NCBI GenBank assembly: GCA_963755915.1
Contig: CAVWLP010000003.1
Span: 352,001-416,000 of the forward strand
Length of the DNA stretch: 64,000 bases
Reading direction: 5' to 3'
Origin: an uncultured Phycisphaerales bacterium
GTDB lineage: Bacteria; Planctomycetota; Phycisphaerae; Tepidisphaerales; Tepidisphaeraceae
The notes below the pieces were generated by a model. That model was not told where the DNA came from and made no database searches. It was given only the letters and a program-made list of their open reading frames with translations. Numbering within the stretch: position 1 is the first letter of the stretch; every line of letters begins with the position of its first letter. This document shows positions 10,537 through 19,482 of the stretch, one piece after another. The position numbers and the translations under genes are program-made.

Positions 10537-11904
10537 TTATTGATGGAACTCTCTTGAAAACTCATTTATCGACAAGAACTGCGGTGCGCCGTTTTCAGAG
10601 TCGTGAACGAATATTGGGACGTTGGCCTCATCGATCCCCCTGGTGGCGATAACCTTCAATTGCACCCTGTACCAGCCTGGAACGTCGGGCAGCTCGATCG
10701 CCGCCATCTGGCCGCCCTGCATCGGAGTGATCGTTCCCGCGTCCGGCTTGAAATTCGGACCTGTCACGCTCCAGCGATACTCCACATGATCCAATGGCAA
10801 CGATCGCACGTTCGCCTTGACCACAAACGGCTCACCGGGCCACTGCGCATCGGTCGGATAATTGATTTCCAGGATCTCCGGGCCGGGATTAGTGAAGGCT
10901 CCAAACAGCTTCGGATTCGGATTATGCCAGGCGTCGCGCATCGCGGCGCACACCGGTTTTTCGCGGCCGTCGAGGTCCACCATTCCGAACCAGGTGGCGG
11001 TTCCTTCGTAACGATCGCTCCAGCAATAGGCGATGCCGCCCACGTTGCTCCCCTTATTCGCCTGGATATCCTCGCGCCACCGATCCGCGTAATACCAGCC
11101 CTTCACCGCCGCCGTCGGTTCCAGCAGCCCCTTCTGGCTGTCGTAATGATTGCGGTCGTTGTTCCAGTACCCATCCGGACCAAATTCGCTCACCAGATAC
11201 GGCCGCCCCGGATCGAAGCGGGCGAAAAGCTCGTGAAGGTGCCCAATGTCAGGCTGGTAATACGCATTCACCGCAACCGCATCGAGCGTCGGCGCCCCAA
11301 CCGCGTAGTCGGCAATCGCCCCACCAACCTGGTCAGCCTCCTGCGCGGAGAAGATCGGATGATTAGGATCGAGCTGCCGAATAACCTGCGCCATCCGCTC
11401 CACGAAAAGCACGTGGGCATGCCGAACTTCCGTCAAATACGGCTGCGAATACTTGTGCTTCAGCAGCCCCCAAACTTCGTTGCCCAGGCACCACCCCAGC
11501 AGCCCCGGATGATCGTGATAAGCGAGAACCGTCGATTCAATTTGCGCCTGATATTCCTGCTGTTTGGCCGCATCCGCCAGGTAATTCTCGTCCTGCATGA
11601 ACCAGAACCCGTACATCACCTTGAGATGATTTTCCTGTGCCGCGTTGAGGATATTGCGGTCCGACCAGGTCCGCCCATACCGGCGGATGGTGTTGCCTCC
11701 CATTTCGTGAATGATCGAAAAATCGCGACTAAGCTGGGCCGAGCTCAACGGCACGTTGGCGTCGCGCCAATCCTGCCCCGGATTGTAAGCAATTCCCTTG
11801 ACGTAGAACGGCCTTCCATCCACTAACAGCGAGAAATGCCCCGGCGAACCGCTGATGCAGCGCGACTGATGATGCTGGGGATGCAAATCAAACCACAGCG
11901 GCAA
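10537..11904 (-). CDS. Clan GH-A TIM-barrel glycoside hydrolase (GH2-TIM/GH158-like); probably the C-terminal part of the upstream GT2 gene
   Basis: VDGRPFYVKGIAY, GGNTIRRY, LGNEV and VSEFGP motifs; no signal peptide or SD; overlaps the upstream ORF by 82 bp. Confidence 0.75.
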   Translation of the reverse strand: MPLWFDLHPQHHQSRCISGSPGHFSLLVDGRPFYVKGIAYNPGQDWRDANVPLSSAQLSRDFSIIHEMGGNTIRRYGRTWSDRNILNAAQENHLKVMYGFWFMQDENYLADAAKQQEYQAQIESTVLAYHDHPGLLGWCLGNEVWGLLKHKYSQPYLTEVRHAHVLFVERMAQVIRQLDPNHPIFSAQEADQVGGAIADYAVGAPTLDAVAVNAYYQPDIGHLHELFARFDPGRPYLVSEFGPDGYWNNDRNHYDSQKGLLEPTAAVKGWYYADRWREDIQANKGSNVGGIAYCWSDRYEGTATWFGMVDLDGREKPVCAAMRDAWHNPNPKLFGAFTNPGPEILEINYPTDAQWPGEPFVVKANVRSLPLDHVEYRWSVTGPNFKPDAGTITPMQGGQMAAIELPDVPGWYRVQLKVIATRGIDEANVPIFVHDSENGAPQFLSINEFSREFHQ

Positions 11905-14558
11905 CGATTGCGCTGCGCGTGGCCGGCGCTGAAAGGCTGAAGATTCAGCGTCCGCTTTGTTTCCGACAACCAGGACGAATCGTCGGTCGGCGGCGCAATC
12001 GCATTGTTGTCGTCGAGAACGACGCTCTTGATCTCCGGATAGCGCACGCTGATGTCGGAAAGAGCATCACGCTCCCAATTGGCCCCCAGCTCATTGTTGG
12101 CCGCATTCAGCCCGGTAATCATGATCGGTCGGTGCCACTGGGCAATGCGCGGATGGAAGGCGTCATACTGCTCGGCAAAAGATTTCCTCGGCGAAGCCGG
12201 ATCCTGGGCGATCGGCAGGGCGATCCAGTCGATGAATCCCGCCTGCTCCGGAAAATACGTCGCCGCGGTCTTGGGCGAAGCCGGAGACCAGACCCACCCA
12301 ATATTAGCCGCACCTTCCGTTTGGAGCGTCAGCACCAGGTGCTGCCAGGCGGCGATAAAATCCGCCGGTTTGTTGCCGGTACGGGCAGACCACGGCATTG
12401 CCGCGTTGTCCGGCTGCGGAGCGAAGGAGATAAGAATCGGTTCACCAAACGCCCGCGCCGAGGCCGCAAACTGGTGAATGTACGCGTCATAATTCCCCGC
12501 CCCGATGCGCTGGAGAATCGGATGCCTCTGCCACGAATGCATTGCAGTTCCATCGACGGGCAGCCAATTCAGCATCGGGATCGCCCCGCCGCGGCGGAGC
12601 TCCTTAAGCTGGTCGACCGGCAAATCCGCGCCCCAGGGCAAATCAACGGCCACGATCCGGAACTGGATATCAAACTGCAACTGGAGATTGGCCGTGCTCG
12701 GCAGCCAGGCCTCTTTGCCCGCGCTCAGGTGTACGCCCGTGTAAAAGCCTCCGGTATCCGGCACCAGCGTGTCGTCGAACGCATTTTCCAGACCGTTCCC
12801 CTGCGACGGAACGAGGTTGATGAAATAAATCGCCAATGTTGCCGTCGCGATTCCCAGCGGAAGCAGCCGTCCCTCGCGGAACTGCCGCAGCATCGCCCGA
12901 TACGCCATTCCCGCGCCGCGCCGAACGCTCCGGGCGATCTGGATGACGAATCGCAGCCGCTGAAGCTGCCGGCGAAGTTTCAGCAGCGTTACCTGCTGCG
13001 AAGTGACGGAAATATGTAAAAGCGAAATCGAGTTGAGCACCGCCAAAACCGCCATGAGCAGTGCCGGCGGAGAGCTGTCGTAATAAACCCCGAAGCATGC
13101 CGCGAGGATAAGAACGCCGGCCGCGACGAAGTTGGGCAGCGTGATCCTGCCCGCGTTGGAAGGTTCATCTTCCTTCGGCGTCGGGATATACGGAACCTTG
13201 ATCCGAAACACCGCGCAGAAAACGCCCGCCAGATAAATCCACCAGGTCGCGATCGCCAGCGACCCGCCGGCGATATGCATCCCGCGCTCCTGCGGCTCCA
13301 TGAGCCACCGCTGCACGCGCAGCCGCACCAGCGTCGCGAAAACCAGCATCGGCGCGAACCAGAGCACCAGTTCCGTCGCCGTCGCCCGCCAGGCGATCAG
13401 CCCCACGGTGAGCGTGGCGATCGGCACCAGCATTTCCAGAAGCGTCACCACGCCGCGAAGAAAGAAAATCGGGCACAGCAGGTAGTGAATGCGCTGCCGC
13501 CAGGTAAAGCCGCTGTAAAGTTTTGGATATTCCTGGAAGAGCAAATCGAACACGCCGCACGCCCATTTGATCTGCTGCTTGTAAAACGCCGCCAGCGTCG
13601 AGGGAACCAGTCCGCGGGTGAGAATCTCCGGCACGTAAACCGAGTGCCACCCCTTCGAATAGAGCCGCATCGACGTGTGCATGTCCTCGGCGAGTCCCGG
13701 CGCGTGCCCGCCGATGCTGTCCAGCGCCGTCCGGCGAAAGACGCAGTTTGCGCCGATGGCCTGTGTCGTGCCGCACCCGTTCATCCCCATCATGTAGGGG
13801 CCGTAAAAGTGATACGACTGCTCCGCCGCGCCTCGCGCCACGATCGAATCCGACTGATTCCGATACGCCTGCACCGACTGCACAAACCCAACGGATGGAT
13901 CCTCGAAATATCCCAGCGTCCGCTCCAGCAAATAGGGCGAAGGCTCATGATCTGGATCCAGAACGACGGCGATTTCCCCCGTCGCCTGCCGAAGCGCATT
14001 ATTGATGTTCCCCGCCTTGGCGTTCTTCTTGACGGTGCGCGTCACGTGAACAACGCCCAGCTCCTCGCAGATCGCCTTGAGAATCGGGTCGTTGCCTTCG
14101 TCGCAAAGGTAATTGGTATGCGGATACGGGATCGCCACCATCGCCTTGAGCGTCCGCACGATCATCCCGCGCGGCTCACCCGGGCAGGCGGTCGTCAGGA
14201 TATCGACGGACCATTTCCGCCGCGCCTTCAATACGCGGGGAATCGAAATGTGAAAATAGTTGTACCATTCAAACAGCCAGCAGGCGGCGCGAAGCCCCAG
14301 CGCCAGCGTGAGCCCCAGATAAACGATCGGATCGCCGATCCGGCCCGGACTCAGCAGCCAGGCCATCAGCGAAATCAGCGAACCCGCGGCCAGCAGGATC
14401 AGCACCCGAAGCTTGAGCAGCTCCCGCCGCGGCAGAATCGTCGCGCGGACCGGATGCGCCGGCCACTTGTAGGGCGGCCAGCATTCGACGGCATCAAGTG
14501 CCGAAGCCGGCGACTCCGCCGACTCTGCGTCGACAATCTGGGTGTCCAAGAGACTCAT
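11823..14558 (-). CDS. Cellulose-synthase-like processive GT2 fused to a GH26-like domain
   Basis: KAGNIN, DPDH, VQSVQ, AED and QQIKW motifs; TM region; then PMLNWLP, GNYDAYI, WVWSP and YFP..IDW GH26-type motifs. Confidence 0.88.
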   Translation of the reverse strand: MSLLDTQIVDAESAESPASALDAVECWPPYKWPAHPVRATILPRRELLKLRVLILLAAGSLISLMAWLLSPGRIGDPIVYLGLTLALGLRAACWLFEWYNYFHISIPRVLKARRKWSVDILTTACPGEPRGMIVRTLKAMVAIPYPHTNYLCDEGNDPILKAICEELGVVHVTRTVKKNAKAGNINNALRQATGEIAVVLDPDHEPSPYLLERTLGYFEDPSVGFVQSVQAYRNQSDSIVARGAAEQSYHFYGPYMMGMNGCGTTQAIGANCVFRRTALDSIGGHAPGLAEDMHTSMRLYSKGWHSVYVPEILTRGLVPSTLAAFYKQQIKWACGVFDLLFQEYPKLYSGFTWRQRIHYLLCPIFFLRGVVTLLEMLVPIATLTVGLIAWRATATELVLWFAPMLVFATLVRLRVQRWLMEPQERGMHIAGGSLAIATWWIYLAGVFCAVFRIKVPYIPTPKEDEPSNAGRITLPNFVAAGVLILAACFGVYYDSSPPALLMAVLAVLNSISLLHISVTSQQVTLLKLRRQLQRLRFVIQIARSVRRGAGMAYRAMLRQFREGRLLPLGIATATLAIYFINLVPSQGNGLENAFDDTLVPDTGGFYTGVHLSAGKEAWLPSTANLQLQFDIQFRIVAVDLPWGADLPVDQLKELRRGGAIPMLNWLPVDGTAMHSWQRHPILQRIGAGNYDAYIHQFAASARAFGEPILISFAPQPDNAAMPWSARTGNKPADFIAAWQHLVLTLQTEGAANIGWVWSPASPKTAATYFPEQAGFIDWIALPIAQDPASPRKSFAEQYDAFHPRIAQWHRPIMITGLNAANNELGANWERDALSDISVRYPEIKSVVLDDNNAIAPPTDDSSWLSETKRTLNLQPFSAGHAQRNRCRCGLICIPSIISRAASAVRRGISRC

Positions 14559-14691
14559 GCTTCTCCCATACTCCTCGGGCGATCTTAAGGTCGCCTTCGA
14601 TTGTGCTGTCCAACCCCGGTGCCTTCCGGCACTTATTCGATCGGTTTAATTCACGGATGGATTCAACGCCCGATCCGTAAAGCTGTTCCGT

Positions 14692-16179
14692 TTATGACGG
14701 CGAAAGCCCGAATTCGTTGATGTCTCGATAGACCTGTTGCGGCACAGCCTTCGGTTGCACCGGCGCCGCCGCCCCCAGGAAATATTTCCGATACCGCGCC
14801 TTCGGCAGCGCGTTCACGATAGCCACCATTTGCTTCGCCCCATGGGCCTTCAGCAGCTCCCGGCACTGCCCCGCCGCAGCCAGAGACGCCCGCCGCGCGT
14901 TCATCACCAGCAGCGTCGCCCGGCATCGCGCCGCCAGCGCCAGCGTGTCTGGATTCCCCAGCGCCGGACCCGCGTCGAACATCACGAACCGATACGATCC
15001 CGTCAGTTGCCGGATCACGTCCGACAAAGCGCTGCCCTGAAGCTTCGCCGCCGAAACCGACGACGGCTTTCCGCACGGCAGCAGGTGCAAATTCTGAATG
15101 TGCGTCGGCCGGATGAAATCCGACGCCACCAGCGGATTGTCCAGCCCGTCATAAAAGCCCGGCGAAGGATTATTGTCCCCGAAAATCTTGTGAAGGATCG
15201 GCGAGCGAAAATTCACGTCGATCAGCAAAACGCTTTCCCCCGCCATCGCGATCGTCGTTGCCAGGTTCACCGCGACGGTAGAAGTCCCCTCCCCACGCGA
15301 TGGAGAAGTCACCAGCAGCGAACCCGCCTGCCGGCTCACGTTCGCCCCGAACAGATTCAGCAGCAACGACCGGCACAAAAGCGCCCCTTCGGATGCCGGA
15401 TCGATATAAGCGGCCAGACCCCGCCCCGCCGTCGAGCTTTCTGGAAGAATCGGCAGATGCCCCGCCGTCTGCAATCCCGTCCGCTCAAAAATCTGCGCCG
15501 GTGTGCGTATCCGATCGTGCGAAGAGCCCGCAATCAGTTCGATCAATATCCCCAGAATCACGCCCGCCGCCGCTGCAATTCCCAGCATCTCCCCAAACGA
15601 CGGATTCTCCGGCTGAACGTCCCCGCTGGCCAGCGTGCAATCCGCAACGGCCTTGGGATCGATCAGCAACATACTCATCCCCGTCAACGGATCATTCCTC
15701 GTCGCCGACGCCAGTGACGCCAGCACCGCGTTGATAATCTTCGCCGCCTGGTGCGGATAGGGCGTATGGGCCACGATCTTCAGTTGATCGTCCTGCGTGA
15801 CTGTTTGAATCGTCAGCATGCGCCTCAGCGATTCGACCGTGTTGGACCCCAGTCCCAGAATCGCGAGCTGCGAAAGATCGAGCCGCCGCCCCGCCGCGGC
15901 CAGGACTGCATCAGACCGCGCCGCATCGGCAAGCTGGTCCAGATATTCCGCTGCCGCAACGCCCGATTCCACGTTCTGATCCGTCTGCGAAATGTTCGCA
16001 AACGACAAAACTCCCTGCACCTGGTAGGAGGGCTGGGATGCGTTCATATACGCCAGCATCCCCACCACTGAAATCAGCGTGGTAAAGAGGATACCGAAGC
16101 GTCCGTGAACCACTGCACTCACTAAACGGGATGTCCACGAAGCGCCGCGCGGTGCGCTAGTCTGTCTGCTACCAATCAT
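14692..16179 (-). CDS. Wzc/CpsD-CapB-like polysaccharide co-polymerase with P-loop domain
   Basis: Two TM helices flanking a periplasmic loop, DRIRTP linker, VTSPSRGEGTST, NLA..IA..GESVLLID, NLHLLPCG and VMFDAGP motifs. Confidence 0.85.
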   Translation of the reverse strand: MIGSRQTSAPRGASWTSRLVSAVVHGRFGILFTTLISVVGMLAYMNASQPSYQVQGVLSFANISQTDQNVESGVAAAEYLDQLADAARSDAVLAAAGRRLDLSQLAILGLGSNTVESLRRMLTIQTVTQDDQLKIVAHTPYPHQAAKIINAVLASLASATRNDPLTGMSMLLIDPKAVADCTLASGDVQPENPSFGEMLGIAAAAGVILGILIELIAGSSHDRIRTPAQIFERTGLQTAGHLPILPESSTAGRGLAAYIDPASEGALLCRSLLLNLFGANVSRQAGSLLVTSPSRGEGTSTVAVNLATTIAMAGESVLLIDVNFRSPILHKIFGDNNPSPGFYDGLDNPLVASDFIRPTHIQNLHLLPCGKPSSVSAAKLQGSALSDVIRQLTGSYRFVMFDAGPALGNPDTLALAARCRATLLVMNARRASLAAAGQCRELLKAHGAKQMVAIVNALPKARYRKYFLGAAAPVQPKAVPQQVYRDINEFGLSPS

Positions 16180-16493
16180 AAGTGCCCTTCAATACGGAGA
16201 TGCCCGAATAATCGGTTGTTGCGACCGGAATATAAACGCGCCAAACCCGACCGACCAATGAATCCGACCGATGTGAAGCCCTTGCGACCCCCCCAAATGA
16301 AAAACTCGGAAATCTGTAACGAGGACGCCAGCAAAGAGCCGAAACGAAAGACCCGATAATCCGCCTGGTCCGATAATTCGGCGCGGCCCAACACAGGCAT
16401 TATCGCCCCCAGACCCAAATAATGTTTTTGCCTTGGCCCCAAATTAGGGCGATATTCTCTCGTAATCTCACTGGAGTGTTAGTGAACCTCTCG

Positions 16494-17671
16494 ATGCGGG
16501 GATTCCGCGAATATCTGCTGCTGATCGTCTCGATGCTCGCCCTCTTCTGCGCTGCCCACAATCGTGCGCCGCCGATGGTCTGATCGTCGGCGCCGATGTT
16601 TCCGACTGCGCCTATTTCCAGGGTCTTGGCGCTAAATATATGGATCACAGCCAGCCCGCGGACATCTTCTCCATCCTCAAAACCCACCACATCAATCTCG
16701 TCCGCCTCCGCCTCTTCACCAGCACCAATCAGCAGGCGCAGCAGGCCCCCTATGACAGCATCAACAACATGCTCTACACGCTCCCGCTCGCGGTTCATGC
16801 CGCCCAGGCCGGCTTGCCCTGGATGCTCGACTTCCACTACTCCGATCTCTGGGCTGATGCCAACCACCAGCTCAAACCCGCCGCCTGGAAAGGCCTCACC
16901 TTCTTCCAGCTCGAACAACGCATGTACGAATACAACCGCGATTGCATCCGCACCTTCCGCGAAGCCGGCGCAATGCCCCAATACGTCCAGATCGGCAATG
17001 AAATCACCTCCGGCCTCGTCTGGCCCGACGCCGAAACCGACACCCCGGGCCACTGGAAACGCCTCGGCAGACTCCTTAACGCCGCCATCCGCGGCATCCA
17101 CGACGGCGCCGGCTCACAAAAACCCAAAATCGTCATCCACATCGGCAGCGGCGATCAGTGGGACGTCATCCGCGCCTTTTTCGACCGCCTTCGCGATCAG
17201 CAGGTGGACTTCGACGTGATCGGCCTAAGCTATTTCCCCGACGCCACCAGCAAAATCGAAGATCTTCAATCAGCCATGGCCGGCGCGACAGCACGATATG
17301 CCCGCCCGGTCATGATCGCTGAAACCGCCTTTCCCTGGTCCCAGAATTCCGCCGATGCCGACGCCGGTGAACCCATCCTTGGCCTGACGCCCGGCGCTCA
17401 CGGACAAGCGCAATACGCCGCGATGCTTTGCCAGGCAATGGCAAGTGTCCCCAACCAAATGGGCATCGGAATCGTCTGGTGGGGCGCCGAATATGAAAAC
17501 ATAGGCCGTCTCGATTTGAACGGCTACGACTGCAGCTCACTCTTCGACGGCTCCGGGAATGTTCTCCCCGTGATCGACGTCCTCGGCCGCTTTGCGATAA
17601 AAGGAAACTCGCTCGCCAACAATGCCGTAACCCAAAGTCTGCAAGCATCCGCCAAACATCTCGCTCAATAG
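16494..17671 (+). CDS. Endo-beta-1,4-galactanase, GH53 (frameshift near 16565)
   Basis: Signal peptide from ATG 16494; GADVS motif in the main frame upstream of 16640; DFHYSDLWAD, QIGNEI and IAETAFP motifs. Confidence 0.88.
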
Positions 17672-18391
17672 CCGCCCCTGCTCAGGCGTCAAATCGCGCC
17701 TCCACCGTCCGGGTTGCGCACTCCCAATATGATTATCGTGAAGCAACGTCACGCGATCGCGCCGGTGATTATCGATGCCCACGTCAACCTGCTCCGCCGG
17801 ACGCGAAGCAAGCTGCCCGCAAATCTTCCGGCTGAATTCGATATTCGTCTGCCCATCGATCCACTCGACTATTTTCTGATCGACCGGAACCTCCAGATGC
17901 TCTGCAATCTTTGCAATTTCCCGTGGCGGATCTTTAACCATCTCTTCGTACCGAACAAACAGAGTGCGCTGCGAATCCTGGTAAGACCTCAGCAGGCAAT
18001 CAAAGCTATGCGCCATGCGCCGCACCGAAGCCTCAAACCCGCCGGCCCAGAACACCAGATCGGAAGCCACGCAATCCCGCGGATCGCGATAGGTGCACAC
18101 CGCTTTCACGCGCCCGCTACGAATCGACTGAAGCGCAAAGGGCCCAAGCTCATGCACCTTGATAACCGCCGACCCCGAGCCGAGCGTTGCCTCCATCTGC
18201 AGAAACCGATCCAGCGAATTTTCCCCCAGGCACGCCATCCCGAACGGCTCCCCGCGCCGCTTCGCGCGGATTTGCCCCAGCAAACGGCAGACGTTGTACG
18301 ACCAGGTTGACCCCGAGCGGATAACGCCGTCACAAATAAAAATGGGCGATATCATCGAACAAATTCGATTCGCTTGCGCGGTTGTCTTCAC
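17537..18391 (-). CDS. Sulfotransferase-domain protein
   Basis: GVIRSGSTW (5'-PSB loop), YRDPRD, RYEE and WRRDLTPEQ...LGY motifs. Confidence 0.75.
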   Translation of the reverse strand: MKTTAQANRICSMISPIFICDGVIRSGSTWSYNVCRLLGQIRAKRRGEPFGMACLGENSLDRFLQMEATLGSGSAVIKVHELGPFALQSIRSGRVKAVCTYRDPRDCVASDLVFWAGGFEASVRRMAHSFDCLLRSYQDSQRTLFVRYEEMVKDPPREIAKIAEHLEVPVDQKIVEWIDGQTNIEFSRKICGQLASRPAEQVDVGIDNHRRDRVTLLHDNHIGSAQPGRWRRDLTPEQGRLLSEMFGGCLQTLGYGIVGERVSFYRKAAEDVDHGENIPGAVEE

Positions 18392-18605
18392 TTGGGAAGT
18401 CTGCGTCGCCCCCCAGGACGAAAAATCCAGACTAGTCCGCGACGACTTAAGCGAACATGAAGAAAATCCCCAAAATGCAGAACCCGACTCGATTACTCAG
18501 ATTTCCTGTTGAGCCGCCACCCCCAGGGAGAGTGCTTTCCCGAGCCCTTCCCAACCCGCGATCCCACCGACTCCCCCCGGATACTCCAAGCCAAGAATCC
18601 CACTT

Positions 18606-18620
18606 TGGCACGCATCTTGC
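18606..18620 (+). promoter_or_regulatory. Sigma54 (-24/-12) promoter
   Basis: TGGCAC-GCATC-TTGC matches the RpoN consensus with GG-N10-GC spacing. Confidence 0.65.
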
Positions 18621-18627
18621 GCTTTGC

Positions 18628-18700
18628 TTTTTGCCTACAAGGCAAAAATATCGCCATTTATGAGATTTTTATTGACCTACAGGCAACAAACCAGTACATT
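18628..18700 (+). promoter_or_regulatory. Palindromic operator plus sigma70-type promoter of the XRE gene
   Basis: TTTTTGCCT-ACA-AGGCAAAAA at 18628-18648; related TTGACCTACAGGCAA at 18672-18686 overlaps TTGACC-17-TACATT. Confidence 0.6.
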
Positions 18701-18708
18701 CTCCATCC

Positions 18709-19335
18709 ATGGCGACGATCCATGACTATGCAACAGGGATTGGGTTTTCTCTGGGGCACCGAATCCACTCAATGCGCGAGTCGCGCGACTGGACCCTCGA
18801 AACCCTCGCCGAGGCCACCGGCCTCTCCAAGCCCTATCTCAGCCGCCTCGAGGCCGGCGCACGCGAGCCTTCGCTGGGAGCGCTCGGCCAGATCGCCCGC
18901 GCTTTCGGAGTCTCCATCGCTGCTCTCCTCGAGCACCCCGATGAGTCTGCCGATTGCGTCATCGTCCGCGGCGGAAGCACCTCCCGGCAGGAAGCCAATG
19001 GCCTCACCTTCCGGCCCCTGTCCAGCACAACCAAACCATTTAACATTCATCCCATCGGCGTAGTCATTCCCGCCGGCCGCGCTGGTGACGAATCTTATCG
19101 CCACGACGGTGAAGAGTGGCTCTACGTCACTTCCGGCCGCGTAAAACTGACCGTCAACGGAAACCAGTACACGCTTGAAAAGGGCGATGCCGCGCATTTC
19201 GACTCGCGGCAAAAACACAGGATCGACGCGCTGGATGGCAGGGATGCCGAGGTCATTCTCGTCGCCTGTCCCATACCAACCACCCTCCACGCGCAGCGCG
19301 GCTTGGCACAAGTGCCGGCCGGTGTGATCGGGTAA
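18709..19335 (+). CDS. XRE-family HTH transcriptional regulator with cupin domain (PuuR-like)
   Basis: TLETLAEATGLSKPYLSRLEAG HTH; HDGEEWLYV...GDAAHFDSRQKH cupin. Confidence 0.92.
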   Translation: MATIHDYATGIGFSLGHRIHSMRESRDWTLETLAEATGLSKPYLSRLEAGAREPSLGALGQIARAFGVSIAALLEHPDESADCVIVRGGSTSRQEANGLTFRPLSSTTKPFNIHPIGVVIPAGRAGDESYRHDGEEWLYVTSGRVKLTVNGNQYTLEKGDAAHFDSRQKHRIDALDGRDAEVILVACPIPTTLHAQRGLAQVPAGVIG

Positions 19336-19482
19336 CGCTGCACTCAAAAGCGGAAGACGGAAAACGAACCGAGATTCTGGCGGATTCGAGGAAAAAAGCC
19401 CGCGTGCGGTGCGCACGGCGGCATGTGTTGCCACGCACCATCGCTCACGCAGGCAGGTGAGGTTTTTTGCTTGGAGTCTGTC

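Noticed and set aside
16176-16442. 88-aa ORF upstream of the Wzc-like gene
   Set aside because: No motif, atypical composition, and it lies in the divergent promoter region.
19336-19482. Possible guanidine-I (ykkC) riboswitch before the APC permease (AAAAGCCCG)
   Set aside because: The conserved 5' CUAGGGUUCCG element and the GGGAG 3' context are missing; only a short chance match.
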